Source of the DNA: an uncultured Pseudoalteromonas sp.
GTDB lineage: Bacteria > Pseudomonadota > Gammaproteobacteria > Enterobacterales > Alteromonadaceae
Reading direction: 5' to 3'
NCBI RefSeq assembly: GCF_963922945.1
Contig: NZ_CAWUKC010000010.1
Coordinates: 9,308-73,307 of the forward strand
Length of the DNA stretch: 64,000 nt
Under the pieces are notes generated by a model. The model ran no database searches and was not told the DNA's origin. It worked only from the letters and a program-made list of their open reading frames with translations. A program made the translations under genes and the position numbers. Below, piece after piece: positions 50,316-59,282 of this stretch (position 1 is its first letter; every line of letters starts with the position of its first letter).

Positions 50316-50343
50316 AAAAAAACCACACCCTTTACAGGTGTGG
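50316..50343 (-). terminator. Rho-independent terminator after katE
   Basis: The minus strand reads CCACACC-tgtaaag-GGTGTGG followed by TTTTTTT. Confidence 0.8.
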
Positions 50344-50369
50344 CTTTTATAAAATTTAAGGCTTATTTA

Positions 50370-52442
50370 TTAACGTTGCCAAAACCTCAAATTACGAAGC
50401 GTTTTAATAAATGTATCGGCCGAATGTGCCTCTAAATCGACCCAACCATCATCTGCTTTGCCATCAAGGCCTGCGGCTTTAAACAAAGGCATTGCCTCTT
50501 GCGTGTAGCCAATGTATTTCATATGAGCAAACGCATCGTTTACAAAGTCTTTAGCCTCAGGGATATCAGCAAGCTTTTTAGCTCCCTCTTGCGTTGCAAG
50601 TACCATCACGGCATCGTAAAGCACCGATGGGCCGCCATTAATAACTTGATCTGCAGCAACATGCTTACCTTTACTACAACATGCGCCACCTACTTGCGCT
50701 GCAACAATTTCGTAATTAGCGCCTTCTGCTTCTAAGGCACTTGTAACCGAATTGAAAATATCAGCATCAAAGCCATCACTCACTAAAATCCCCAACTTTC
50801 GGCCTTTAAACGTATTTGGCGCATTTTTTAAAATACTAAGTGCATCCGACACAGGTAAATCGTTACGCGTTGGCATAGCCGCTTCTGCAGGCTCTGGCAT
50901 GTCTTGCAGGCGTAGACCCTTAGCCACTTCTTGCGCTAATGTTTTGTCTACATTTAATAAATGCGAAATCACTCGCTCACGAATTGCTACATGCTCTACT
51001 TTTGAAAGCTCAAATACAAACGCATATTGAATGTGCGCTTGCTCTACTTCTGTTTGGCTTAAGTAAAACTGTCGTGCTTGGCTGTAATGATCGCTAAATG
51101 TTTCTGAGCGATAGCGCAGTTTATCTCCACCGCTGACTTCAGGCTCACTTGAGCTTTTAAAACCATTTACTGGGCACTCGCGGGGGTTGTGCTCATCGCC
51201 GCTCCACGAGTTGGGTTCATAATTGGCACGCCCTTTAGGGTTATGCATTGCCATATGACCATCTTGCTGAAAATGACGCATTGGGCATTTAGGCGCATTT
51301 ACTGGTATATGTGTAAAGTTAGGGCCACCCAAGCGCTTAGTTTGTGTATCTAAATACGAAAAGTTACGCCCTTGTAGTAATGGATCGGGTGTAAAATCAA
51401 GCCCAGGTACAATGTTTTGTGTACAAAATGCAACTTGCTCAGTTTCAGCAAAAAAGTTATCAACGACCCGGTCAAGCACCATGCGCCCAACTATTTTTAC
51501 GGGCACTTGCTCTTCCGGTATAAGCTTGGTGGCATCAAACACATCAAATTCAAATTCATCTGCAAATTGTTGGTCAAATACCTGTACACCAAGTTCCCAC
51601 TCTGGAAAGTCTCCTTTGCCAATAGACTCCCACATATCGCGACGATGAAAGTCGGGATCTGCACCATTAAGTTTAAGTGCTTCGTTCCACACTACCGATT
51701 GCATCCCAGCTTTTGGTTTCCAATGAAATTTAACAAATTTCTCTTCACCTTTGGCATTAATAAATTTAAAAGTGTGAACGCCAAAGCCTTCCATAAATCG
51801 TAAAGAGCGCGGTATAGCTCTATCTGACATAGCCCACATCAACATATGTACTGACTCAGGCGATAAGCTTACAAAATCCCAAAAGTTATCATGCGCAGTT
51901 TGCGCTTGCGGAAAACCACGATCTGGCTCTGCTTTAGCGCTATGTATTAAGTCAGGAAACTTCATTGCATCTTGTATAAAAAATACAGGTATGTTGTTAC
52001 CCACTAAATCCCAGTTTCCTTCTTGGGTGTAAAACTTGACCGCAAAACCACGCACATCACGCGCTAAGTCAGGAGACCCTTTGTTTCCTGCCACAGTTGA
52101 AAATCTTGCAAAAACAGGCGTTTTTTCACCTTTACGCTGAAAAATATCAGCGCAGGTTAAATCTTCAAGCGTGTCGTAAGTTTCAAAATAACCATGTGCG
52201 CCGTACCCTCTAGCGTGTACCACTCGTTCAGGGATGCGCTCGTGATCAAAGTGAAAGATCTTCTCGCGCATTACATGATCTTCTAGCAATCCGGGTCCGC
52301 GTTTGCCTGCTCGCAATGAGTTTTGATCATCGCTCACAGGGCACCCTTGTGCTGTGGTCATCGTTGGATATTCATCAGATGCGTGTTGGTGTAACTCGCC
52401 ACCATGTCCTTTGTTTCCTGAGTATTTAAATGATTCGGCCAT
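50370..52442 (-). CDS. katE: Large-subunit monofunctional catalase (HPII type)
   Basis: About 690 aa with catalase blocks ([41 protein letters not shown]) and a C-terminal DJ-1/flavodoxin-like domain. I prefer the ATG at 52442, which has a GAAGGA Shine-Dalgarno. Confidence 0.95.
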   Translation of the reverse strand: MAESFKYSGNKGHGGELHQHASDEYPTMTTAQGCPVSDDQNSLRAGKRGPGLLEDHVMREKIFHFDHERIPERVVHARGYGAHGYFETYDTLEDLTCADIFQRKGEKTPVFARFSTVAGNKGSPDLARDVRGFAVKFYTQEGNWDLVGNNIPVFFIQDAMKFPDLIHSAKAEPDRGFPQAQTAHDNFWDFVSLSPESVHMLMWAMSDRAIPRSLRFMEGFGVHTFKFINAKGEEKFVKFHWKPKAGMQSVVWNEALKLNGADPDFHRRDMWESIGKGDFPEWELGVQVFDQQFADEFEFDVFDATKLIPEEQVPVKIVGRMVLDRVVDNFFAETEQVAFCTQNIVPGLDFTPDPLLQGRNFSYLDTQTKRLGGPNFTHIPVNAPKCPMRHFQQDGHMAMHNPKGRANYEPNSWSGDEHNPRECPVNGFKSSSEPEVSGGDKLRYRSETFSDHYSQARQFYLSQTEVEQAHIQYAFVFELSKVEHVAIRERVISHLLNVDKTLAQEVAKGLRLQDMPEPAEAAMPTRNDLPVSDALSILKNAPNTFKGRKLGILVSDGFDADIFNSVTSALEAEGANYEIVAAQVGGACCSKGKHVAADQVINGGPSVLYDAVMVLATQEGAKKLADIPEAKDFVNDAFAHMKYIGYTQEAMPLFKAAGLDGKADDGWVDLEAHSADTFIKTLRNLRFWQR

Positions 52443-52493
52443 GCTTAGTCCTTCATACAATTAATTTAATGAGTTAAAAATTTAAAAGCGACT

Positions 52494-52505
52494 TTGCAAT
52501 TGCAA
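52494..52505. promoter_or_regulatory. Perfect 12-bp palindrome TTGCAATTGCAA upstream of katE
   Basis: Self-complementary 12-mer, 52-63 nt upstream of the katE ATG. The binding factor is unknown. Confidence 0.25.
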
Positions 52506-52644
52506 AATGAAGGCCACCCGGGTAATGCTGGGTATATGGGGGTTAGCGAGGTGTTATCGGTATAAAAGCACTGAAAAGTTTACAAGGCAATGTAAGTTTT
52601 TCATACAATACGGGCACCAGTACAGTGCCCGTGTTTAAAGTATA

Positions 52645-53478
52645 TTAAGCTTTATCCTCGTTTACTAAAATAACTTTACGGTGTGGGAATGGAATTTCGA
52701 TATTGTTTTCATCAAGGGCTTTTTTAATAAGTTCAGGCACCGTGTATAAAATTTCAAAGTAGTGCTCGCCTTTACAAAATGGCCTTACTAAAAAGTCTAC
52801 CGAGCTGTTGTTTAGCGTTTCTACTTCAACAAAGGGGGCTGGGTCTTTTAAAATATGGGGATGAGCATCAAGCACGCTATCAATTACCTTACGGACTACG
52901 TCGGTGTTTTCATCGTACGCCACACCAAAGTGCATATCTACACCACGAATTGGGTGGTGAGAGTGGTTAATAATTTGCGCGCCCCAAATTTGGCTATTTG
53001 GAATAATAACTTGCTGATTATCGAACGTTTGCAAAATTGTGGTAAACATATCAACCTCGGTAACTTTGCCAAAGCGCCCTGCGGCTTCAATAAAGTCGTG
53101 TACTTTATAAGGTCTAAATATTAATAACATTACACCTGCTGCTAAGTTAGACATAGCACCTTGTAATGCTAAACCAATTGCTAAACCTGCAGCGCCTAAT
53201 AACGCAATAATTGACGCTGTTTGCACGCCAAAGCGGTTTAACACGGCAATAAATACAAACGCTAAAATAATATAGCGCGCCATACTGCCTAGAAATCGAA
53301 ATAGTGTGTCATCTAAATGGTTATATTTATGGCATAAACCAACAATGATCCCTCTTACTTTGCCAGCAAACCATAGCCCTAAAAGTAAAATAACGATCGC
53401 GAGCAATATATTCGTTGCCCAATCAAGTGCCTTAGGTAAGTACTCGTTTAAATTTATAGTATTTATTATGTCGTCCAT
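52645..53478 (-). CDS. Small-conductance mechanosensitive channel (MscS family)
   Basis: 277 aa with 3 TM helices, then the conserved MscS beta-domain (FRPYKVHDFIEAAGRFGKVTEVDMFTTILQTFDNQQVIIPNSQI). Confidence 0.9.
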   Translation of the reverse strand: MDDIINTINLNEYLPKALDWATNILLAIVILLLGLWFAGKVRGIIVGLCHKYNHLDDTLFRFLGSMARYIILAFVFIAVLNRFGVQTASIIALLGAAGLAIGLALQGAMSNLAAGVMLLIFRPYKVHDFIEAAGRFGKVTEVDMFTTILQTFDNQQVIIPNSQIWGAQIINHSHHPIRGVDMHFGVAYDENTDVVRKVIDSVLDAHPHILKDPAPFVEVETLNNSSVDFLVRPFCKGEHYFEILYTVPELIKKALDENNIEIPFPHRKVILVNEDKA

Positions 53479-53729
53479 TGTTGTTTCCTATTGAACTGGC
53501 TTTGAATGTTAAATTAAAAAGCACAACTTTAACATAAAATTAACCAAGCAACGAATTTATACTTCGGCTCCATCACCCTTAACTTTTATGCATCAATAAT
53601 ATTTTTAAACCCTTTTATATGGCTACAAAGTGAGCAAGAAACTATTTTATTGCGTATATGTTATTCAATTTGTAAATAAAGCAAATGTGTTCTAAACCTT
53701 AAAGAGACACCTTGCTGAGGAACATTGTT

Positions 53730-54509
53730 ATGCCAACAACAAAAACTATTAACAAACAATCGGAGTTTGCCCGCTGCATTGAATGTAATAAAGTAAATAC
53801 ATTTGCGGCCTTCCATTGGCTTGCACTTGCGTTTAAAGACATGGCGCGTGCACCTATGTTAAGCCTAGTTTATGGCCTTATATTCACGCTCATTCCCATC
53901 GCAATTATTTACTCTGCTGTATTTACAGGCACCTATTTAGTTATTTTACCGGCAACGGTTGCTTTTGCCTTAATTGGGCCTGCTTTTGCATCAGGACTTT
54001 ATGATGTTGCATGGGAGCTGGAAAAAGGCCACAAGCCTACATTTGGCCACTCTATCAAATCCATGTTTAGAAATCCGGTAGGTGAATGGGGCTTTGCAAT
54101 ACTCTTAATGGTAATTATGATTGCTTGGATGCGCTTGGCTGCGTTAGTGCATGCTTTATATCCAAGCCATGCAAACCCCACCTTTGATGAGTTATCAGCA
54201 TTTTTAACACTAGGCAGCATAATTGGTGGCGTACTATTAGTGACTGTGTTTTCTATCTCGGCTTTTTCGCCACAAATAATGATGGAGCGACGTGTAGATA
54301 TTATGACCGCAGTAATAAGCTCTATGAACGCAGTAAAAACTAATTTTGCCGCAATGTTGGTATGGTCAATATGTATATTTTTATTAGTAGCTATTGGCTT
54401 TGCCACTGGCGCTACAGGCTTTATTGTAATCATGCCATTCCTTAGCTATGCCAGTTGGCATGCTTATATAGCCGTTATTAAAACCAAAAAACCTCGTGGC
54501 TACGAGTAA
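53730..54509 (+). CDS. Integral membrane protein, DUF2189-like
   Basis: About 260 aa with 5-6 TM helices. The N-terminal pattern is W...A..D....P..SL.YG. The family call is from memory of the DUF2189 pattern. The start is taken as the ATG at 53730. Confidence 0.45.
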   Translation: MPTTKTINKQSEFARCIECNKVNTFAAFHWLALAFKDMARAPMLSLVYGLIFTLIPIAIIYSAVFTGTYLVILPATVAFALIGPAFASGLYDVAWELEKGHKPTFGHSIKSMFRNPVGEWGFAILLMVIMIAWMRLAALVHALYPSHANPTFDELSAFLTLGSIIGGVLLVTVFSISAFSPQIMMERRVDIMTAVISSMNAVKTNFAAMLVWSICIFLLVAIGFATGATGFIVIMPFLSYASWHAYIAVIKTKKPRGYE

Positions 54510-54543
54510 TAACTGAGAATTTATAGTTCCAACCACACTGACT

Positions 54544-54573
54544 AAAAATAGCGCCAAATGGCGCTATTTTTTT
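54544..54573. terminator. Bidirectional terminator between the DUF2189-like and Tsx-like genes
   Basis: AAAA-ATAGCGCC-aaat-GGCGCTAT-TTTTTT. Confidence 0.85.
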
Positions 54574-54576
54574 AAC

Positions 54577-55356
54577 TTAAAAAACCCAAATTGCATGTAA
54601 AAAGGGCTGGTTTTCAATTTTATTAGTACCTAGTTTGTTGTACCAATAGCGCCATTCAACACCTAGCATTAACTGTTTTGGGCTTAAATTAAAGTTTTGA
54701 CCAACATCCCAATGTACAGCAGGTTGAGCAAGTAGCCACTCTTTAACTTTATTGCCTTGTTCGTCATCGCGCCCAGAAATATATTCTACATGCCCAGTAA
54801 AATAAAATGCCTGACTGGCTAATGTAAAAGGAGCACCCCATGCAAGGTCTATAAAAATACTGTCATCTTGTTTAGCTAACTGCTCTTTTTTAATCCCGCC
54901 GTTAGCATCAATGTAACCTGCAAAAGTCGTCGTTAAAAAATCAAACCCTGGTGCATCCCAACTAAGCTTTATACCGGGCGTGTATTTCATTAACCCTTCT
55001 TCACCAGCATTAATACCAAACACTAAACCAGTATCTTTTATTGGGCCGTACTTTAATGAGGTATTTAGTGCTTTAGATAAACTCAGTGTTGAGTACCACT
55101 CGCCATAAATTCCCGTATCTTGAAAACCATCACTTAGGCTGTCGTTTAAAAAGTCGATAAAAAAGTAGTTATCACCTAAGCCATGCTCAGATGCATGCTC
55201 TATGGTGTAGGTGCGTGTAAATGATGACTCTCCTGTAAAAGGGTTTAAGGCATCGCCAAAGTTTGTGTGAAGCTGTGTGACGCTCCAATTTTCTGCTGAT
55301 GCAAATTGCGACAAAAGCAGTATAGATGTTGTAAACAGTGTTTTTAAAAAATTCAT
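54577..55356 (-). CDS. Outer-membrane beta-barrel, Tsx/OmpK-like (nucleoside-specific channel family)
   Basis: Signal peptide (LLLSQFASA), alternating aromatic beta-strand pattern and a C-terminal ...HAIWVF. There is general resemblance to OmpK/Tsx. This is a moderate-confidence family call. Confidence 0.5.
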   Translation of the reverse strand: MNFLKTLFTTSILLLSQFASAENWSVTQLHTNFGDALNPFTGESSFTRTYTIEHASEHGLGDNYFFIDFLNDSLSDGFQDTGIYGEWYSTLSLSKALNTSLKYGPIKDTGLVFGINAGEEGLMKYTPGIKLSWDAPGFDFLTTTFAGYIDANGGIKKEQLAKQDDSIFIDLAWGAPFTLASQAFYFTGHVEYISGRDDEQGNKVKEWLLAQPAVHWDVGQNFNLSPKQLMLGVEWRYWYNKLGTNKIENQPFLHAIWVF

Positions 55357-55726
55357 ATAGTATTAACATATACCCCAGTTAAAATGCGGCTGGAGTATAC
55401 CAGTGAGCATTCACTTACTAAATAGTTTAAGTAATAAAAAAAGATTGGTTTTTAAAATAAACAACTAATACAAGCACTAAGCGCTAAAGGGTTGGTTTTT
55501 TATAAAGCGAATACAAAAAGCAGTGTGCATAATTTACAAAAATGAGTGCACAAAATTCACTGTCTTGCTTGCTAGGTTAATTTATAAACCCAAGCTACAA
55601 AAGCAAAAAACCTTTAAAATCATGCATTTTACCCACTTTAAATAGGTAGGCACACGCTTTGCTTTATGTATTTCAAGTTTATTCGTAGCAAAGGCTACGT
55701 GCAGCAAATTACATAATGGAGACAAT

Positions 55727-56242
55727 ATGAGTAACTCACAGCATCCAATTGAATTTACAGCCCCAGGAATGGACAATGAAACTGCAAAAAAAACGATTGC
55801 AACTCTTGATAACCGCTTAGTGGCATTGCTAGACATGCAATTGACGCTTAAGCATATTCATTGGAACGTAGTTGGTCCTAATTTTATTGGGGTACATGAA
55901 ATGTTAGACCCACAAGTAGACGCTATTCGCGAAATGACAGATACCATTGCAGAGCGAATTGCTACATTGGGTGGCACACCACAAGGCACACCTAAATCAA
56001 TTGTTGATCGCCGTAATTGGGAAGAATACTCATTAGGTAAGGCCTTTGTTATCGAACATTTAGGCGCTTTAGATAAAGTTTACAGTGGCGTAAATGCTGA
56101 CCATCGTAAAGCGATTGAAATTTTATCAGACTTAGATCCGGTATCTGAAGATATGATCACTAGCCAGCTTGGCGACTTAGAGCAATTTCAGTGGTTTGTA
56201 CGTGCACACATTGAATCGTCTGCAGGCAAATTAAATCACTAA
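55727..56242 (+). CDS. dps: Dps (DNA starvation/stationary-phase protection, ferritin-like) protein
   Basis: 171 aa. The sequence LKHIHWNVVGPNFIGVHEMLD...ERI..LGG is the Dps ferroxidase-site signature. Confidence 0.93.
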   Translation: MSNSQHPIEFTAPGMDNETAKKTIATLDNRLVALLDMQLTLKHIHWNVVGPNFIGVHEMLDPQVDAIREMTDTIAERIATLGGTPQGTPKSIVDRRNWEEYSLGKAFVIEHLGALDKVYSGVNADHRKAIEILSDLDPVSEDMITSQLGDLEQFQWFVRAHIESSAGKLNH

Positions 56243-56485
56243 TCAAATACCTATTTAGCACTACAAGGAAAGTTAGTAAATTTTAAAGGATTAAAAACTC
56301 TACAAGGACTCGTTACTAAGTAGGTTAAGGATGAAATGCATATTACAAGGATATGTTACTTATTACATAAAGGATGTAATAAATACGTCAAAAATGACTA
56401 AAGCTAACTAACGGATTTGGTAAATTTACAAGGATTGTTAAAATACAAACGCCTAGCATTCGCGTGCTAAGCGTTTGTGTTTTTT
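56243..56485 (+). ncRNA. Candidate CsrA/RsmA-sequestering RNA (independent Csr/Rsm-type sRNA or sponge-like dps 3'UTR)
   Basis: No ORF. There are eight A(A/C)GGA(T) motifs, with GGA at 56267, 56288, 56306, 56329, 56349, 56372, 56413 and 56432. Hairpins presenting GGA in or at the loop lie at 56281-56296, 56339-56355 and 56362-56380. The 3' end is defined by the terminator at 56445-56485. The 5' end is not determined. Confidence 0.55.
56445..56485 (+). terminator. Strong rho-independent terminator closing the GGA-rich RNA (may also serve the convergent phoX-like gene)
   Basis: ACAAACGCCTAGCA-ttcgcg-TGCTAAGCGTTTGT (14-bp stem, one mismatch) followed by GTTTTTT. Confidence 0.85.
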
Positions 56486-56491
56486 ACCACT

Positions 56492-57859
56492 TTAAAGCTT
56501 AAAACTCCCCCACGGACCCGTAATGGCTAACGTTTTGGTTGGCATGTACACATTAACAAACAAAGTTTGCCCATCTGGTGAAAAACATGCACCTGCAAGC
56601 TCGGTTTGCCCGTGTAGTTTAGCAAAGTTATACACCTCTCCTTTTGGCGTAACTCCCCGTAAATGGTTATCCACTGTCTCTGTGTATTGATCCTCACACA
56701 CAATTAAATGCCCGTTAGGCGCTACCGTTAAATTATCGCCAAAGTTGTATAACGACTCGTTTGTACTTTCTACAAATAGTTGTATTTTACCAGGCTCATT
56801 TTGCTCTAACTCAGTGCCTTCTTTTTTTGAAGGTGTGTACTTCATTACCTGACCTAACTGCTTTTTGCCCCCATTAGTACAGCAAAAATAAAGCTCATTT
56901 TTACCCCAATGAATCCCCTCACCGCGTGCAAATAACGCGGCCCCTTTTTTATAGCCTTGCTTACGTAAATCGTCATTAGGGCTTTTAGGATCTGTTATGG
57001 TGATCCATTCAACATCAAAGTTGCTGTGCAGTGGCATAGTGGGTGAATCCCAGTTTCGACTATCAAACTGAGGGTGAGCTTTAATCACCATAGCCTGTAA
57101 TGTGCCACCTTTGTTTAACTTTTCTCGATGATGAGGGATAAAGCGATAAAACAAACTATCGCCTCTATCCTCAGTTAAATAAACAATACCCGTTTTTGGG
57201 TCTATTGCTGCGGCTTCATGGTTAAAACGGCCCATATCGTATAATGGCTCTGGCTTAATAAGCCCTTTCGCACTAGCGGGCACTTCAAAAATGTAACCAT
57301 GTGATTCTGACAAGCCATCGTTTTTATCCATCACCGTTTCTTCGCAGGTCAGCCAGCTTCCCCAAGGTGTTACACCGCCTGAGCAATTTCTAATTGTGCC
57401 ACACAGCGATAAATACTCTTGCTCACGTTTTTGCGTTTTTAAATTATAAATAATATGACTCGTGCCCCCAGGCAAAGCTACGCCATTCTCTAAAGAATCA
57501 TAAGCTAAAGAGGTTTTATGATTACTAATTAAATCAGACGCGCTCTCAATATGTTGAGGATGTAATTCATGATTACGTATAAGCGCTACACGTTCGCTGT
57601 CTAATTCAATACAGCCCATACCATCGGCTCTGTCGGGTACATCAAGGCCATCATCCATTTTATCGCCAAGTTTAGATATAACCTGATATGTAAACCCCTC
57701 GGGTAAATCAAGTAACGCGTTAGTATCGGTGATTAGTGGGCCATAAGCTGGCAACTTAGTCGTTACCTCAGGCAAAGCCACGTTACCCATTGCGCTGCGC
57801 GATAAGCCAATAAAGGCAAGCGAGCCCGCACTAAATAAAAAATCTCTTCTAGAAACCAT
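56492..57859 (-). CDS. Tat-exported PhoX-family / DUF839 beta-propeller protein (putative alkaline phosphatase)
   Basis: The twin-arginine signal is MVSRRDFLFSAGSLAFIG. The beta-propeller-like repeats and blocks such as CSGGVTPWGSWLTCEE and GRFNHEAAA are typical of DUF839/PhoX. Confidence 0.7.
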   Translation of the reverse strand: MVSRRDFLFSAGSLAFIGLSRSAMGNVALPEVTTKLPAYGPLITDTNALLDLPEGFTYQVISKLGDKMDDGLDVPDRADGMGCIELDSERVALIRNHELHPQHIESASDLISNHKTSLAYDSLENGVALPGGTSHIIYNLKTQKREQEYLSLCGTIRNCSGGVTPWGSWLTCEETVMDKNDGLSESHGYIFEVPASAKGLIKPEPLYDMGRFNHEAAAIDPKTGIVYLTEDRGDSLFYRFIPHHREKLNKGGTLQAMVIKAHPQFDSRNWDSPTMPLHSNFDVEWITITDPKSPNDDLRKQGYKKGAALFARGEGIHWGKNELYFCCTNGGKKQLGQVMKYTPSKKEGTELEQNEPGKIQLFVESTNESLYNFGDNLTVAPNGHLIVCEDQYTETVDNHLRGVTPKGEVYNFAKLHGQTELAGACFSPDGQTLFVNVYMPTKTLAITGPWGSFKL

Positions 57860-58069
57860 GTTATAAATCCCGCGTGTTTGTATTAATCAACCTATAGTAA
57901 AGTAATTTGCTCGCTAAAAACGCAGCGCTTTAATAAATTCACCAAATTGTAATGTTGTAACATATTGTTTATGTCAAATACATGTGGGATTAAACTTATT
58001 CATTTGCTCTAAAGGTTTAATCGTAGGATAGTAAGTTATTAATAAAAGAACGGCTTAATTAGGAATATC

Positions 58070-59218
58070 ATGATCAAAGTATTACTAGCAACCAGCTTAA
58101 TTGCCTCTTCATTCGCCACTTTAAGTAATCCACTCACCGTTGAAGAGCAACGTATCAATAAAGCCCAGACTGCCATGCCAAATGTGTTAAGCGCCTTTAA
58201 ACCACAAGTAACAGAGTTTGAGCAACAATTTAAAGCCCTGCAGAACTTTAAAGAAGCCAAAAGCTTAGTGCAAGCGTATGGTTTTGAACTGTGGGAAAGC
58301 GCTAAACAGCGTATTATAAAAACTAAAAACTACGATGACCGGGCACTTTACTGGGCACGCTTGCTTTCAAGCAAGGTAATACGTACAACCGCGACTAACT
58401 TTGACCCATCTGACGCGCAAATAAATACCCTATTACATATGCTAGAAGAAACCAGCCGAGGCCGTACCGACTTAGCTTTTTCATCAGGCAGTGATAAAAA
58501 AATTATTTTGACCGGGTTTGACCCGTTTTTACTTGATAAAAATATCAACCAAAGTAATCCATCTGGGGTAGCCGCATTATTACTCGACGGCCAAGTTATT
58601 AATTACAATGGCGTGAGCGCCGAAATTAACACAGTAATGGTCCCTGTGCGCTACGAAGACTTTGATCAAGGCATAATAGAATCTCTCCTTGCTCCCTACT
58701 ACGCATTGAACAACGTTGACATGGTGGTAACCGTTAGCATGGGCAGAACCGAGTTTGACCTAGAACACTTTCCGGGTAAACGACGCAGTGTCACCGCGCC
58801 AGACAACGCCAATATTGTATACAGCGGCACCCAAACAAGCCCTGTTATACCCAAGTTAAATGGCCGCTCTTTACCAGGCAATGAATTTGTAAAATTTAGC
58901 CTACCAGTAAGCGCCATGCAAAACGCCAAAGGCCCATATAAAGTAATCGACAACCGCGAAGTAACTACACTCGATAAAACCTTTAAAGCGCTTTCGTACG
59001 GCGCGCTAAAAAGTAGTGTTGCGGTAAATGGTGGCGGGGGTGGTTATTTATCTAACGAAATATCGTACCGCAGCATACGCCTACGCGATGAGCTAAACTC
59101 AAGTATACCAACGGGGCATATACATACTCCGCGTATACAACAGTTTGAGCCAGAAACAGAAGCTAAAATAGTAAAACAAATTAAAGCAATGCTAGAACAA
59201 AGCTTAGTTGCGTTGTAG
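58070..59218 (+). CDS. Secreted peptidase-C15 (pyroglutamyl-peptidase I)-like protein with Ser in place of the catalytic Cys
   Basis: Signal peptide plus a ~140-aa helical N-terminal extension. The Pcp-like blocks are KKIILTGFDPF, SMGRTEFDLEHF, GGGGGYLSNEISY (Pcp has GTFVCNH) and PTGHIHTP (Pcp has GFIHVP). Confidence 0.6.
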   Translation: MIKVLLATSLIASSFATLSNPLTVEEQRINKAQTAMPNVLSAFKPQVTEFEQQFKALQNFKEAKSLVQAYGFELWESAKQRIIKTKNYDDRALYWARLLSSKVIRTTATNFDPSDAQINTLLHMLEETSRGRTDLAFSSGSDKKIILTGFDPFLLDKNINQSNPSGVAALLLDGQVINYNGVSAEINTVMVPVRYEDFDQGIIESLLAPYYALNNVDMVVTVSMGRTEFDLEHFPGKRRSVTAPDNANIVYSGTQTSPVIPKLNGRSLPGNEFVKFSLPVSAMQNAKGPYKVIDNREVTTLDKTFKALSYGALKSSVAVNGGGGGYLSNEISYRSIRLRDELNSSIPTGHIHTPRIQQFEPETEAKIVKQIKAMLEQSLVAL

Positions 59219-59243
59219 CAAAGCTAAGTATTTAATATACGTG

Positions 59244-59271
59244 AAAAAGGGCAAAATTAATTGCCCTTTTT
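59244..59271. terminator. Bidirectional terminator between the C15-like and GST genes
   Basis: AAAA-AGGGCAA-aattaa-TTGCCCT-TTTT. Confidence 0.85.
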
Positions 59272-59282
59272 GCTTTTTAGTA

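Noticed and set aside
50499-51803. Plus-strand ORFs of 78-128 aa inside katE
   Set aside because: They are antisense to a catalase gene with canonical motifs, and they overlap one another in different frames.
57948-57977. Possible Pho box upstream of the PhoX-like gene (TGTAAT, TGTAAC and TGTCAA hexamers)
   Set aside because: The spacing (8, 17 bp) does not fit the 11-bp periodic CTGTCAT direct repeats of Pho boxes, and the similarity is loose. I am not confident enough to call it.
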